A stretch of DNA of 64,000 nt. It comes from a virus. The stretch is taken from positions 32,001-96,000 of the IMG/VR virus record IMGVR_UViG_3300017782_000002; one strand, 5' to 3'. This document shows, one piece after another, positions 7,447-18,066 of this stretch; position 1 is the first letter of the stretch, and each line of letters opens with the position of its first letter. The notes under the pieces are model-generated. The model was not told the DNA's origin. It was given only the letters and a program-made list of their open reading frames with translations, and did no database searches. The position numbers and the translations under genes were made by a program.

Positions 7447-7965
7447 ATGCTAGTAAAGTTATTTGACATATCAAACGGAAAAGTAGTACCTTCAGAACAC
7501 TGTTATACTTTAAATTTTTTAAAAGCAATTATGGATAAATATCCTGACACACATTTAGATGTGTACATGTATTTATTTTATATGACATGTCCTGACCCAG
7601 ATCTAAATCCTTTTTTTAATGTACCAGAAGTAGACAAAGAAGAAATTATATTAGATGAAATTAATATGGAAGAATCTTTAGAGTGTTCTAAAATAAGATA
7701 CGCTCTAGATAAATGTGCTGAACTATATGAAACACCTACTTTTAGAGCATACAAAGGTATTAAGTCTATGATAGATAAATTAGCTAAATACATGGAGAGC
7801 ACACAAATTGAACACGGAAGAGATGGTAATATAAATTCATTAGTAAGTGCAGCTAAAAACTTTGACGCTATTAGACAATCATTTAAAGGAGCATATAAAG
7901 ACATGAAGGAAGAACAATCAACTTCCGTGCGTGGAGGTCAAGGACTAGCTTATGATCAATTATAA
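7447..7965 (+). CDS. Conserved hypothetical protein, candidate terminase small subunit
   Basis: Immediately upstream of, and overlapping, TerL; helical protein of suitable size. Function inferred from position only. Confidence 0.5.
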   Translation: MLVKLFDISNGKVVPSEHCYTLNFLKAIMDKYPDTHLDVYMYLFYMTCPDPDLNPFFNVPEVDKEEIILDEINMEESLECSKIRYALDKCAELYETPTFRAYKGIKSMIDKLAKYMESTQIEHGRDGNINSLVSAAKNFDAIRQSFKGAYKDMKEEQSTSVRGGQGLAYDQL

Positions 7966-10147
7966 AACAATTCCTACCTGGAATGAAGGAGTTTGGGAAG
8001 AAACTGTATTTGAGCAGATAGATGACTTTAGACAATTTATAGAAGATATATTTAAAGAACCTGGTCTATATGAATTTGATGAAACAGCATATGTATTTAA
8101 TGAAGAAGCAACTAGATTTAATAAACTAGGATTCTATTGTGATAAACCAATGAGATCAAAAGATTTCATGAAGTATTGGGAAGATCAAAAAAATAAATGT
8201 AGAGAAGGTGTAATATACAAAAATAAAGGTAAGACATGGTATCTCACTAGAGATTACTACATGTGGTTAAATTTTTTACCTATTTTTGATAAAGAAGAAA
8301 AAGCATACGGATTTGCTAAAGTAAGAGATGCTCAGTATCATATGGCTCTATATGAAATAATGGCTGAGATAAACTATAAACATGTTGCTATTCTTAAAAA
8401 AAGACAGATAGCATCTTCTTATTTTCATATGGGTAAACTAATCAATATGTATTGGTTTGAAGAAGGTGCTACATTAAAAATTGGAGCAGCCTTAAAAGAT
8501 TATATAAATGATAAAGGTTCATGGAAGTTTTTAGATGAATATAAAACTTTTCTAAATGAACACACTGCTTGGTATAGACCATCTAACCCTGGTAAAGTAT
8601 TATTATGGGAACAAAAGATTGAAGTAACAATAAATACTAGAAAAACACAAAAAGGTCTAAGATCTAAAATACAAGGTGCCTCTTTTGAAAAAAATGCTAC
8701 TGCAGGGGTAGGGGGTCCATGTACGTACTTCTTTCATGAAGAAGCAGGTATTGCCCCTAAAATGGATCAAACATATGAATACTTACGTCCTGCAATGTCT
8801 TCTGGTATGATGACAACAGGTCAATTTATTGCAGCAGGATCTGTTGGTGATTTAGATCATTGTAAACCATTAAAGATGTTTATTCTAAATCCAGAAGCTA
8901 ATGGTATATTAGGTGTAGAAACAAATTTAATGGATGATAAAGGTACAGTTGGTATAGCAGGTTTATTTATACCAGAACAATGGTCTATGCCTCCATACAT
9001 AGATCAGTATGGTAACTCTAATATTGAAGGTGCACTTAAATCTATAAAACGTGAAAGAGAGCAATGGAAAAGAGATTTAGAAGCAGAAGCATTTCAGTTA
9101 AGAGTATCTCAGAAACCTATAGATATAGCAGAAGCTTTTGCATATAGAAAAGAATCAATATTTCCTCAAGGTTTTTTATCTAGACAAATGAAAAGAATTG
9201 AAGATAAAGAATATTCATATGAGTTACTTGCTTTAGAATTTGATGGTAATAAAATATTACCTAAGAGAACTAAAAAATTACCTATTAATGAATTCCCTGT
9301 AAACAAAAAGAGAGAAGATAAAACAGGAGCTTTAGTAGTTTGGGAAAGACCTATTAATGATCCACCTTTTGGTACATACTATGCATCTATTGACCCTGTG
9401 TCAGAAGGTAAAACTACTACAACAGATTCACTTTGTAGTATTTTTGTATATAAAAATCCTATAGAAGTAACAAAAGAAACACCAGAAGGTTTAGAAACAT
9501 TTGTTGAGGGAGATAAAATTGTAGCATCATGGTGTGGTAGATATGATGATATAAATCAAACACATGAACAGTTATTAAAAATTATAGAATGGTACAATGC
9601 TTGGACACTTGTAGAGAATAACATATCTTTGTTTATACAATACATGATTGCCAAAAGAAAACAAAAATATTTAGTACCTAAATCACAAATTGTATTCCTA
9701 AAAGATTTAGGATCTAACAAAACAGTATACCAAGAATATGGTTGGAAAAATACTGGTACTTTATTTAAAAGTCATTTGGTATCTTATGCTATTGAATTCA
9801 TTAGAGAAGTTATAGATGAAGATACAGATGAAGAAGGTAAAGTTTATAAAAGTAAATATGGTGTTGAACGTATCCCTGACAAAATGTTGATAACTGAAAT
9901 GCTACAATACCATGAAGGACTAAACGTGGATAGATTAGTCTCTTTTTCTGCCTTAGTAGCTTTTGCTAAAATGCAACAAGCAAATAGAGGTTATGTTAAA
10001 CGTAAAGAGAGAGATAAGTCACTAGAAATCTTGGATAAGTCAAAGAAATTTGGTAAATTATCTATGAGTCCGTTTAGGAACATTGGTAGGAATAAAAAGA
10101 CCTCTGCAAAAAAAATGAAGAAAAACCCTTTTAAAAATATAAAATAA
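7952..10147 (+). CDS. terL: Terminase large subunit
   Basis: ILKKRQIASS (Walker A region), FFHEEAG (Walker B), ASIDPVSEG and NVDRLV (RNase H-like nuclease). Followed by the portal gene. Confidence 0.93.
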   Translation: MINYKTIPTWNEGVWEETVFEQIDDFRQFIEDIFKEPGLYEFDETAYVFNEEATRFNKLGFYCDKPMRSKDFMKYWEDQKNKCREGVIYKNKGKTWYLTRDYYMWLNFLPIFDKEEKAYGFAKVRDAQYHMALYEIMAEINYKHVAILKKRQIASSYFHMGKLINMYWFEEGATLKIGAALKDYINDKGSWKFLDEYKTFLNEHTAWYRPSNPGKVLLWEQKIEVTINTRKTQKGLRSKIQGASFEKNATAGVGGPCTYFFHEEAGIAPKMDQTYEYLRPAMSSGMMTTGQFIAAGSVGDLDHCKPLKMFILNPEANGILGVETNLMDDKGTVGIAGLFIPEQWSMPPYIDQYGNSNIEGALKSIKREREQWKRDLEAEAFQLRVSQKPIDIAEAFAYRKESIFPQGFLSRQMKRIEDKEYSYELLALEFDGNKILPKRTKKLPINEFPVNKKREDKTGALVVWERPINDPPFGTYYASIDPVSEGKTTTTDSLCSIFVYKNPIEVTKETPEGLETFVEGDKIVASWCGRYDDINQTHEQLLKIIEWYNAWTLVENNISLFIQYMIAKRKQKYLVPKSQIVFLKDLGSNKTVYQEYGWKNTGTLFKSHLVSYAIEFIREVIDEDTDEEGKVYKSKYGVERIPDKMLITEMLQYHEGLNVDRLVSFSALVAFAKMQQANRGYVKRKERDKSLEILDKSKKFGKLSMSPFRNIGRNKKTSAKKMKKNPFKNIK

Positions 10148-10242
10148 TGTATGAATACGTAACAACCTGTACAGATCCTTATTTATCTTTTGTGTATGTT
10201 TACATAACAGAGTATATAGATTATGTTGAAAAAGACAACTAA
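10147..10242 (+). CDS. Small 31-aa Tyr-rich protein (not in ORF track)
   Basis: TAATG overlap with the TerL stop. Translates MYEYVTTCTDPYLSFVYVYITEYIDYVEKDN and ends 3 nt before the portal ATG. Confidence 0.55.
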   Translation: MYEYVTTCTDPYLSFVYVYITEYIDYVEKDN

Positions 10243-10245
10243 AAT

Positions 10246-12999
10246 ATGAAAGTATATAATGCACTACAATTAAAAAAAGGAGCTAAGGTTAAGAAGGACC
10301 TAAAATTTGCAAACCTAAATCAACCTTTACAATTTATACCATCTAAAGAAAAAGATGATGATTGGGCTGCTTGGAATTTAGATTGGCTAGAAACTAGAGG
10401 TATGGATCAGCTTAAGAAAAACTCTAGAAGACTTTTAAAAAATTATAAACTAGCTAAAGGTATAATTGATAAAACAGACTACATAGTTGAAGAAGAAAAT
10501 GACTATGCAGATTTAATGGATGTTTTAACAAAAGAGGATGAGTCAGCATTAGAGCTTAAATTTTATCCAATAATTCCAAACGTTGTAAATGTATTAACAG
10601 GAGAATTCAGTAAGAGATACACAAAAGTACAGTTTAGAGCTGTAGATGATACATCTTATAATGAGATGTTAGAACAAAAAAGAGCTATGATTGAGGAGAA
10701 TCTTTTAACAGATGCCTACAACAAGCTTATGATAAACATGATCCAGCAAGGAGCTGATCCTAATTCAGAAGAAGTACAACAACAATTATCTACAGAAAAT
10801 TTAAAAACATTACCTGAGATAGAAGATTTTTTTAGCAAAAGTTATAGAAGTTTAATAGAAGAATGGGCATCACATCAATTAAATGTAGATGAAGAAAGAT
10901 TTAAAATGCAAGAACTTGAAGAAAGAGCATTTAAAGATATGCTTATTTGTGATAGAGAGTTTTGGCATTTTAAAATGAATGAGGATGATTATGATGTAGA
11001 ATTATGGAATCCTGTTTTAACATTCTATCAAAAATCTCCTGAGTCAAGATATATATCAGAATCTAATTTTGCTGGTAAATGTGATATGATGACAGTTGCA
11101 GATGTTATTGACAAGTATGGTTACTTAATGGATGAAGAGCAATTAAGATCTATGCAAAATATACATCCTGCTAGAAACTCACAATATTTGTTAAATGGTA
11201 TGCAAAATGATGGTTCATATTATGATGCAAGTAGATCACACAAATGGAATACAGAATCACCTAGTTTAGATTACAGAAAGTTAATGAGTAACTATGGAAG
11301 TAATCCTGGTGTTGAAGGAGACATTGTAAATTGGATATTGCAAGAAGGAAATGACATAAGTCAATGGGGACAAGCAGACATGATGCGTGTTACTACAGTG
11401 TATTGGAAAACTCAAAGAAAAATAGGTCACCTTACAAGAATAGATACTACTGGTGAACTTATACAAAAAATAATTGATGAAGATTATAAAGTAAATGATA
11501 AACCTGTATATAACACAAGATTATTTAAAGATAAAACAAGAGATAATTTAATTGAAGGAGAACATATAGATTGGTTCTGGATCAATGAGGTGTGGGGAGG
11601 CGTTAAAATAGGACCAAATGGACCTCAGCATTGGAGATCAGAAGATAATGACGTAGATCCAATGTATTTAGGTATTAATGCTAAAAAACCAGGTAAAGTA
11701 AAATACCAGTTTAAAGGTGAAGATACTTTATACAATTGTAAACTACCTGTAGAGGGTAGAGTATTCTCAGACAGAAATACAAGATCAACTTCTTTAGTTG
11801 ATTTAATGAAACCATATCAAATTGGATATAATATGGTAAATAATCAAATAGCAGACATACTAGTAGATGAGCTAGGTACTGTTATTATGTTTGATCAAAA
11901 TGCTTTACCACGTCACTCAATGGGAGAAGACTGGGGTAAGAATAATTTAGAAAAAGCTTATGTAGCAATGAAAGATTTTGGTATGATGCCTTTAGACACA
12001 TCTATTACTAATACTGAAAATGCTGTAAACTTTAATCATTACCAAACATTAAACTTAGAACAAACTAATAGATTAATGTCTAGAATTCAATTAGCTAATC
12101 ATTTTAAACAACAGGCATTTGAATCTATAGGAATAAATCAACAACGTATGGGTACACCTATTGCACAACAAACAGCAACAGGAGTTACACAAGCAATGAA
12201 TCAATCATTTTCACAAACAGAACAGTACTTTACACAACACTCTGATCATCTAATGCCAAGAGTACATCAAATGAGAACTGACTTATCACAGTTTTACCAT
12301 AGTACTAAACCATCTGTTAGATTAAGTTATATGACATCAGAAGCAGAAAAGGTAAACTTTACTATTAATGGTCAAAAATTATTGTTAAGAGATTTTAATG
12401 TGTTTGCTACAACTAAAACAAACCATAGAGAAACATTACAACAATTAAAAGAAATGGCTTTACAGAACAATACAACAGGGGCATCTATTTACGACCTTGG
12501 TAATGTACTTAAGTCTAACTCTATTGCTGAAGTATCAGACATACTAAAAGATGCTGAAGCTAAAACACAGCAACAAAAACAAGCAGAAATGCAACAACAA
12601 CAAAAAATGCAAGAGCAACAATTACAAGCTCAGCAACAACAGCAACAAGCTCAACAACAGTTTGAAGCTGAACAAGCTGATGCTGAAAGGCAAAAAGACA
12701 TTACTGTTGCTGAAATAAGATCTGCAGGTTATGGTGCAATGCAAGATATTGATGAAAATAAACAAAGTGACTTCCAAGATGCTATGAAAGACATACGTGA
12801 AAGAGATCAATACAGAGAGCAAATGAACTTCAAAAGAGAACAAGCTACTAATGACAACTCAAATAAAAGAGCAAAAATGGACATTGATAGAGAAAAACTT
12901 GCTACTCAACGTGAAATAGCTGCTAAAAACTTAGAAATTGCACGTGAAAATAAAAACAAATATGATGTAAAACCTAAGAAAAAGGATAAGAAAAAATAA
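10246..12999 (+). CDS. Portal protein
   Basis: Position after TerL; 917 aa; YPIIPNVVNVLTGE motif region; long Gln-rich C-terminal coiled coil as in crAss-like portals. Confidence 0.88.
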   Translation: MKVYNALQLKKGAKVKKDLKFANLNQPLQFIPSKEKDDDWAAWNLDWLETRGMDQLKKNSRRLLKNYKLAKGIIDKTDYIVEEENDYADLMDVLTKEDESALELKFYPIIPNVVNVLTGEFSKRYTKVQFRAVDDTSYNEMLEQKRAMIEENLLTDAYNKLMINMIQQGADPNSEEVQQQLSTENLKTLPEIEDFFSKSYRSLIEEWASHQLNVDEERFKMQELEERAFKDMLICDREFWHFKMNEDDYDVELWNPVLTFYQKSPESRYISESNFAGKCDMMTVADVIDKYGYLMDEEQLRSMQNIHPARNSQYLLNGMQNDGSYYDASRSHKWNTESPSLDYRKLMSNYGSNPGVEGDIVNWILQEGNDISQWGQADMMRVTTVYWKTQRKIGHLTRIDTTGELIQKIIDEDYKVNDKPVYNTRLFKDKTRDNLIEGEHIDWFWINEVWGGVKIGPNGPQHWRSEDNDVDPMYLGINAKKPGKVKYQFKGEDTLYNCKLPVEGRVFSDRNTRSTSLVDLMKPYQIGYNMVNNQIADILVDELGTVIMFDQNALPRHSMGEDWGKNNLEKAYVAMKDFGMMPLDTSITNTENAVNFNHYQTLNLEQTNRLMSRIQLANHFKQQAFESIGINQQRMGTPIAQQTATGVTQAMNQSFSQTEQYFTQHSDHLMPRVHQMRTDLSQFYHSTKPSVRLSYMTSEAEKVNFTINGQKLLLRDFNVFATTKTNHRETLQQLKEMALQNNTTGASIYDLGNVLKSNSIAEVSDILKDAEAKTQQQKQAEMQQQQKMQEQQLQAQQQQQQAQQQFEAEQADAERQKDITVAEIRSAGYGAMQDIDENKQSDFQDAMKDIRERDQYREQMNFKREQATNDNSNKRAKMDIDREKLATQREIAAKNLEIARENKNKYDVKPKKKDKKK

Positions 13000-13068
13000 T
13001 CATAGCTATATACTACAAAAAACTTTACTAGACTTAAGAAATTTCTAAGGTTTATAAAAAAAACTTTA

Positions 13069-13077
13069 GTATATTGT
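13069..13077 (+). promoter_or_regulatory. Putative late promoter element GTATATTGT
   Basis: Member of the repeated GTA(T/A)ATT(A/G/T) motif found upstream of structural operons. Confidence 0.45.
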
Positions 13078-13118
13078 ATATGTAATAAACCAAAACATTA
13101 ACCAAACCAATATATATT

Positions 13119-14462
13119 ATGGAAGAATCCAACATGGAAACAACAAACGTACAGCAAGTAGATGTAGATTTAGATGAAATCTTTAATGGTGCTCCAGGAG
13201 CGTCATCTGTTACGTTACCATCAACTGAAGAAACTAGTGAAAAACCAAAACCAAATGTATTTTCTAGGAACGCAGAAGTAGATTTAGGTTTCTTAGAACC
13301 AAAAGAAAATGAAGATACAAAAGATGAATCCTCTAAAGAAGTTGACGCAGAAGCTAAAACTGAAGAGGGAACTGCAGAAATTGCAGATAAAGGAGTGGAG
13401 ACTAAACCAGCAGATACAAAAACTCAAGAAGGAGATAAAGTCTCTGAGTCAGAAATAGATGAAATTTTAAATGAAGGTTTAGAAGTAGCAGAAGATGAAG
13501 ATGAAAAGTCTACTGCTAAAGGTAGAAAAAGAATTAATGATATGGCTGACGTTTTCAAGAAGATGATTGAAAATGATGAAATCATTCCTTTTGATGATGA
13601 TAAAGACTTAGAAGAATATACAGCTAAAGATTGGAAAGAGCTTATTAAAGCTAACATGGATGAGAGAGCTAACAAAGTTAGAAGAGAAACTCCAAAACAG
13701 TTTTTTGACAGTTTACCACAAGAATTACAAGTTGCAGCAAAATATGTTGCAGATGGTGGTCAAGATTTAAAAGGTTTATTTGCAACTTTATCACAAGTTG
13801 AAGAAACAAGATCTTTAGACATGTCTACTGAAAAGGGACAAGAACATATTGTAAGAGAATACTTAACTGCTACAGGGTATGGTAATGTAGAAGAAGTTAA
13901 TGAAGAAATAGAAATTTGGAAAGATTTAGGAAAGCTTGAAAAACAAGCAACTAAATTTAAACCAAAATTAGATAAGATGTCAGAAGCAGTTGTTGCTAAA
14001 AAATTAGAAGAGCAGGAAATGAAACGTGCACAACAACAAAAAGCTTCAGAAAACTATATGGCTAATGTATATCACACATTAAAAGATGGTAAATTAGGAG
14101 ACATGAAAGTAAATAAGAAGACACAATCAATGTTATATAATGGTTTAGTTTCTCCTTCTTATCCTTCTATCTCTGGTGAGAATACTAATTTGCTAGGACA
14201 TTTATTAGAAAAATACCAATTTGTTGAGCCAAATTACAACTTAGTATCAGAAGCACTATGGTTACTAGCTGATCCAGAAGGATATAAAAGTCAACTAAAA
14301 ACACAAGGTACTAATGCAGCTGTAGAACAAACAGTAAGAAAACTAAAAACAGCACAAGCAAGTAAAAACGCATCTTCTAGTAAAACAGGAGGAGAGAAAT
14401 CTAGCAGTAGAGGACCAAAAAGAACTTTACCTAGAAACAACAACATATTTAAAAGATTTTAA
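13119..14462 (+). CDS. Putative capsid scaffolding protein
   Basis: Highly acidic, helical 447-aa protein between the portal and major capsid genes. Confidence 0.65.
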   Translation: MEESNMETTNVQQVDVDLDEIFNGAPGASSVTLPSTEETSEKPKPNVFSRNAEVDLGFLEPKENEDTKDESSKEVDAEAKTEEGTAEIADKGVETKPADTKTQEGDKVSESEIDEILNEGLEVAEDEDEKSTAKGRKRINDMADVFKKMIENDEIIPFDDDKDLEEYTAKDWKELIKANMDERANKVRRETPKQFFDSLPQELQVAAKYVADGGQDLKGLFATLSQVEETRSLDMSTEKGQEHIVREYLTATGYGNVEEVNEEIEIWKDLGKLEKQATKFKPKLDKMSEAVVAKKLEEQEMKRAQQQKASENYMANVYHTLKDGKLGDMKVNKKTQSMLYNGLVSPSYPSISGENTNLLGHLLEKYQFVEPNYNLVSEALWLLADPEGYKSQLKTQGTNAAVEQTVRKLKTAQASKNASSSKTGGEKSSSRGPKRTLPRNNNIFKRF

Positions 14463-14507
14463 AAATAGACAACAACAATAATTATTAATTAAAAACAATT
14501 TCAAAAA

Positions 14508-16136
14508 ATGGCAACACCAGTTTTAAACAACGGTCTCTTCCTCAGAGACACTAATTACAAAGCTAGTTCCCATATTGATTCTTATCACTTAACGAATATG
14601 TTAGGTAATGCTGAGCCAACTGACATGGGTCCTGTGGACTTATGGGCTATGACGCAGAAGGTAGAAATGCCTTTATACCAAATGGCTTCTTTTGGTGGAA
14701 AGAATACAATCATGGTTGACAACGCTCGTGGGGAGTACAAATGGCAAACACCAGTAGCTCAAGAATTACCTGTTTCTTTAGGGAAAATTGACACTATGGC
14801 TGCCGGAACAAGAGGTATTGATGGACAATCATTCAAAATTAAACTATCTAAAAGAGAGTTTGGTCACGGTGACATCATTACTTATGATAAGTATAATGGA
14901 CTTGAACTTTACATTACTGCAGATGATATTTTGCAAGTAGGTGATGGTTGGATTTATACTTGTGAGTTAGTTAACAGTAACTCAACTACAGGTCTAGCTG
15001 ACAAATATCTTGTAGCTGGAACTAAATTCTTTAGAAAAGGTTCTGCAAGAGGTGAGTATGGAGAAAGATTCTCTGACATCACTACAGGAGCTGGCTTCAG
15101 AGAGTACTACAACTTTGTTGGAGGTGCTGAAGCTCACGTACACTATTCTATTTCTAGCCGTGCTGATCTTATGATCAAAGGTGGTATGAATGCTGATGGT
15201 TCTGTACCAGTAACTGAAATCTGGAGAAACTTTGATAAGTCTGTAGATCCATCATTAAACTCTATTGAAGATATTGCTTCTGCAATGGGTAAAGACTATG
15301 TTAAAAAAGCATTTGATAACGGATCTCTTTCTAGAACTTTCTTAACTTCTATGGAAGGTGCTCACTTATCTAAAATTGCTAATGACATTGAAACTTACTT
15401 AATGTGGGGTCATGGTGGTAGAGTTAAGCAAGACGGTCCGGATGACTTAAGATTATCTGTAGGTCTTTGGAAGCAATTAGACAACTCTTTCAAGAGAGTA
15501 TACAACAAATCAGGATTTGATTTAGATATGTTCAAAAATGAACTATATAACTTCTATGCTGGTAAAGTTGAGTTTGATGGTCCAGATCCAAAACGTCAAC
15601 TAGTTGTTCAAACTGGTATTGGTGGTATGCAACTAATCAACACTGCTATTGCTGCTGAGGCAGGTGGTGCTGCAGGTGCAGGTGTACAAACGTCATTAAC
15701 TGACATTGGTGCAATCACTGGTAAAGGAATGGACTTAGGATACGGATTTGCGTACACTAGCTTCATCATTCCTTTCTTAGCTAATGTTAAGTTTGTATTA
15801 AACCCAGCGTTTGATAACTTACATACTAATGACATTGAGAATCCTTTAGTAGATGGTCGTCCATTATCTTCTTACAGCTACATCATCTTTGATGTTACTG
15901 ATTCAGGAAGTGATAACATCCACTTATTAAAACTATCTTGGGATAACCAATTAAAATGGTTCTACCAAAATGGTACTATGGATTACATGGGAAGAACTCA
16001 AGGGTTTGCTTCTACAGGACACTTTAACGGGTATAGAGTTATGATGACTCAAACAATGCCTGCTATATGGGTAGAAGATCCAACTAAGGTTCTTAAAATT
16101 GTAATGAAGAATCCAATTACTGGAGGATCATTCTAA
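14508..16136 (+). CDS. Major capsid protein
   Basis: 542 aa, strong A-rich leader, followed by a terminator. Synteny portal-scaffold-MCP matches crAss-like phages. Confidence 0.88.
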   Translation: MATPVLNNGLFLRDTNYKASSHIDSYHLTNMLGNAEPTDMGPVDLWAMTQKVEMPLYQMASFGGKNTIMVDNARGEYKWQTPVAQELPVSLGKIDTMAAGTRGIDGQSFKIKLSKREFGHGDIITYDKYNGLELYITADDILQVGDGWIYTCELVNSNSTTGLADKYLVAGTKFFRKGSARGEYGERFSDITTGAGFREYYNFVGGAEAHVHYSISSRADLMIKGGMNADGSVPVTEIWRNFDKSVDPSLNSIEDIASAMGKDYVKKAFDNGSLSRTFLTSMEGAHLSKIANDIETYLMWGHGGRVKQDGPDDLRLSVGLWKQLDNSFKRVYNKSGFDLDMFKNELYNFYAGKVEFDGPDPKRQLVVQTGIGGMQLINTAIAAEAGGAAGAGVQTSLTDIGAITGKGMDLGYGFAYTSFIIPFLANVKFVLNPAFDNLHTNDIENPLVDGRPLSSYSYIIFDVTDSGSDNIHLLKLSWDNQLKWFYQNGTMDYMGRTQGFASTGHFNGYRVMMTQTMPAIWVEDPTKVLKIVMKNPITGGSF

Positions 16137-16151
16137 TAACAACTGAAAGAC

Positions 16152-16180
16152 GGAGGGGTGTTATGCCCCTCCTTATTTCT
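16152..16180 (+). terminator. Rho-independent terminator
   Basis: GGAGGGG-TGTTATG-CCCCTCC followed by TTATTTCT. Confidence 0.85.
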
Positions 16181-16218
16181 TAAACCAATAATTAATAATT
16201 AACCAATAAAAAAGTATT

Positions 16219-17241
16219 ATGAAAGTAAATGATGTAACAATTACTGAAAAGTATCAAGCAACTAAAAACAAACAAGTTGCAATAAAACCTTATTTTAATC
16301 CTGATATATCTAATATGGGATTAGAAAAATATAACCAAACATTATTTGATGGTGTATGGCATCACGAAAGTTTGGCATGTTTAGAAAGAAATGGAATAGC
16401 AAGATATGTAACAGGATTAAATGAATTTGCACCTAGTGTTAAAACATTACCTCCTGCAGAAAAAAAGGCTAAAATAAAAGAAATTAGAGAAGTGGTTTCA
16501 CAATTAGAAAAAGAACTAGCAGCAAATGTTATTGATCCAGAAGATAAAGACTTTTGGAACAAAGTTCAAGTTTTGAGACCTGATAATCATAAGTTTTGGG
16601 ATAAAATTGAACTAAAGGTAGGTAATGAACCATTATTTCTTGATCCTTCTGTTGATCCTTATGATTTAATAAAAATATATGCAATAGAAGCTGGAGGTTT
16701 TTCTATAGTATCTCCTAACTTACGTCAAGCAAAGATAGACGGAACTAGGTTTTATTTAAATAGAACAAAAGATTCAGCTAGCACTAGAACATCTGTATCT
16801 AAAACTAAAAACAGAGCTCTAGCAGCATTGCAAAATTTATATGATACTGACACAACCAAGTTATTATATGTAGCAAAAGTTGTTGACTCAAACAGTACAC
16901 AGTATATAAAAGGAACTCCTATTGATGTATTATATGAGAATATGGATGCATACATAAATGGACAAGGAGCTGAAAGACGTACAAAAGAAGCAGCTGAAAA
17001 TTTTGTTAAAACAGCTAATTCTAATATGGAAGATCTTAAAATTAGAGCTGTCATAAAAGATGCAATAACATATAACTTAATGACTAGTAAGTCAGACGGT
17101 CATATTTATGATAAGTATTCTGGTTCTAAGTTAGGTGCAAGACCTTCAGAAGTACTTGAGTTTCTTAAGAACCCAAAAAATGATGATGTACTACAACGTT
17201 TCTTAGATGAAGTAGAAGAGTTGTGGGATAACGAAAACTAG
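16219..17241 (+). CDS. Virion structural protein (crAss-like post-MCP, possibly portal-auxiliary)
   Basis: Conserved position directly after the MCP; helical C-terminus. Inferred from synteny. Confidence 0.55.
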   Translation: MKVNDVTITEKYQATKNKQVAIKPYFNPDISNMGLEKYNQTLFDGVWHHESLACLERNGIARYVTGLNEFAPSVKTLPPAEKKAKIKEIREVVSQLEKELAANVIDPEDKDFWNKVQVLRPDNHKFWDKIELKVGNEPLFLDPSVDPYDLIKIYAIEAGGFSIVSPNLRQAKIDGTRFYLNRTKDSASTRTSVSKTKNRALAALQNLYDTDTTKLLYVAKVVDSNSTQYIKGTPIDVLYENMDAYINGQGAERRTKEAAENFVKTANSNMEDLKIRAVIKDAITYNLMTSKSDGHIYDKYSGSKLGARPSEVLEFLKNPKNDDVLQRFLDEVEELWDNEN

Positions 17242-17244
17242 AAC

Positions 17245-17952
17245 ATGGCAATTAACAACACTACATTACAAATAAAGTTTAAACAAAGACTTAACAAGCT
17301 AGCTAGTAATGACTATGATAATATAGAGTGTTGGCAGATTGTAGAAGCTTTTAATAAAGCTCAAATAGAGTGGTGTAGAAGAAACTTACATGGTAATAAT
17401 ATGTTTAAAGAAGGGGATGAGGCATCTAAACGTAGGATAGATGACCTCCAACCTCTTTTAAATAGATTAGTTTTAACAGGAGTTAACAATGCTGATCATT
17501 TTGAAGGTAATAACTTTCCTGCAGATTATCTAGAATATAAGAGAGTTAGTATTAATGCTACTAATGATTGTTGTACAACAGAAAGATCTATGACTGTATA
17601 TTTAGCTGAAGAAGCTAATGTTGATCTTATAATGAGAGATCCTTTAAAAAGACCAGATTTTGAGTGGGGTGAAACTTTTTGTACAATGCAACAAAATACA
17701 GTAAGGATATATCATAGAGACTTTAATATTGTTAGTCCTGTATTAACTTATTATAGAAGACCTAGAATGATAGAAATAATGAATTGTACAGATCCATATA
17801 CTCAAGCAGCATCAGCAGCGGATGTTACTTGTGAATTTAAAGATGACGTTGTAGAATTATTAATTGATGAAGCTGTAGCAATCATAGCAGGAGACATAGA
17901 TTATGTACAACAGCAAATGAGAGGAACACAATCATCAGAAAGAAACAATTAA
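17245..17952 (+). CDS. Putative tail ring/adaptor protein
   Basis: Size and position match crAss-like ring proteins; pattern FNKAQIEW..YYRRPR..EAVAIIAGDI. Confidence 0.6.
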   Translation: MAINNTTLQIKFKQRLNKLASNDYDNIECWQIVEAFNKAQIEWCRRNLHGNNMFKEGDEASKRRIDDLQPLLNRLVLTGVNNADHFEGNNFPADYLEYKRVSINATNDCCTTERSMTVYLAEEANVDLIMRDPLKRPDFEWGETFCTMQQNTVRIYHRDFNIVSPVLTYYRRPRMIEIMNCTDPYTQAASAADVTCEFKDDVVELLIDEAVAIIAGDIDYVQQQMRGTQSSERNN

Positions 17953-17954
17953 AT

Positions 17955-18062
17955 ATGCCAGCAAAAAAGAAACAAGCAAGTTTAGGAAAAACAAAAAATA
18001 CAACTACTTATAAGAAAGGTGGAGAGAAAAAAAGTAAAAGAAAAGCTTACAAAAGAAAATAA
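17955..18062 (+). CDS. 35-aa highly basic protein carrying the YKKGGE cargo motif (not in ORF track)
   Basis: Translates MPAKKKQASLGKTKNTTTYKKGGEKKSKRKAYKRK. ATG is 2 nt after the upstream stop. Confidence 0.65.
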   Translation: MPAKKKQASLGKTKNTTTYKKGGEKKSKRKAYKRK

Positions 18063-18066
18063 AGTA

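Noticed and set aside
7952-10147. Intein or intron in the terminase, or in the RNA polymerase gene
   Set aside because: TerL motifs are colinear in a normal-length ORF, and I saw no intein C/S..HN ends or LAGLIDADG/HNH motifs. The RNAP frame was only spot-checked.
12570-12690. CAA/CAG-rich repeat in the portal gene
   Set aside because: Explained by the Gln-rich coiled-coil barrel common in portal C-termini; not an independent DNA repeat.
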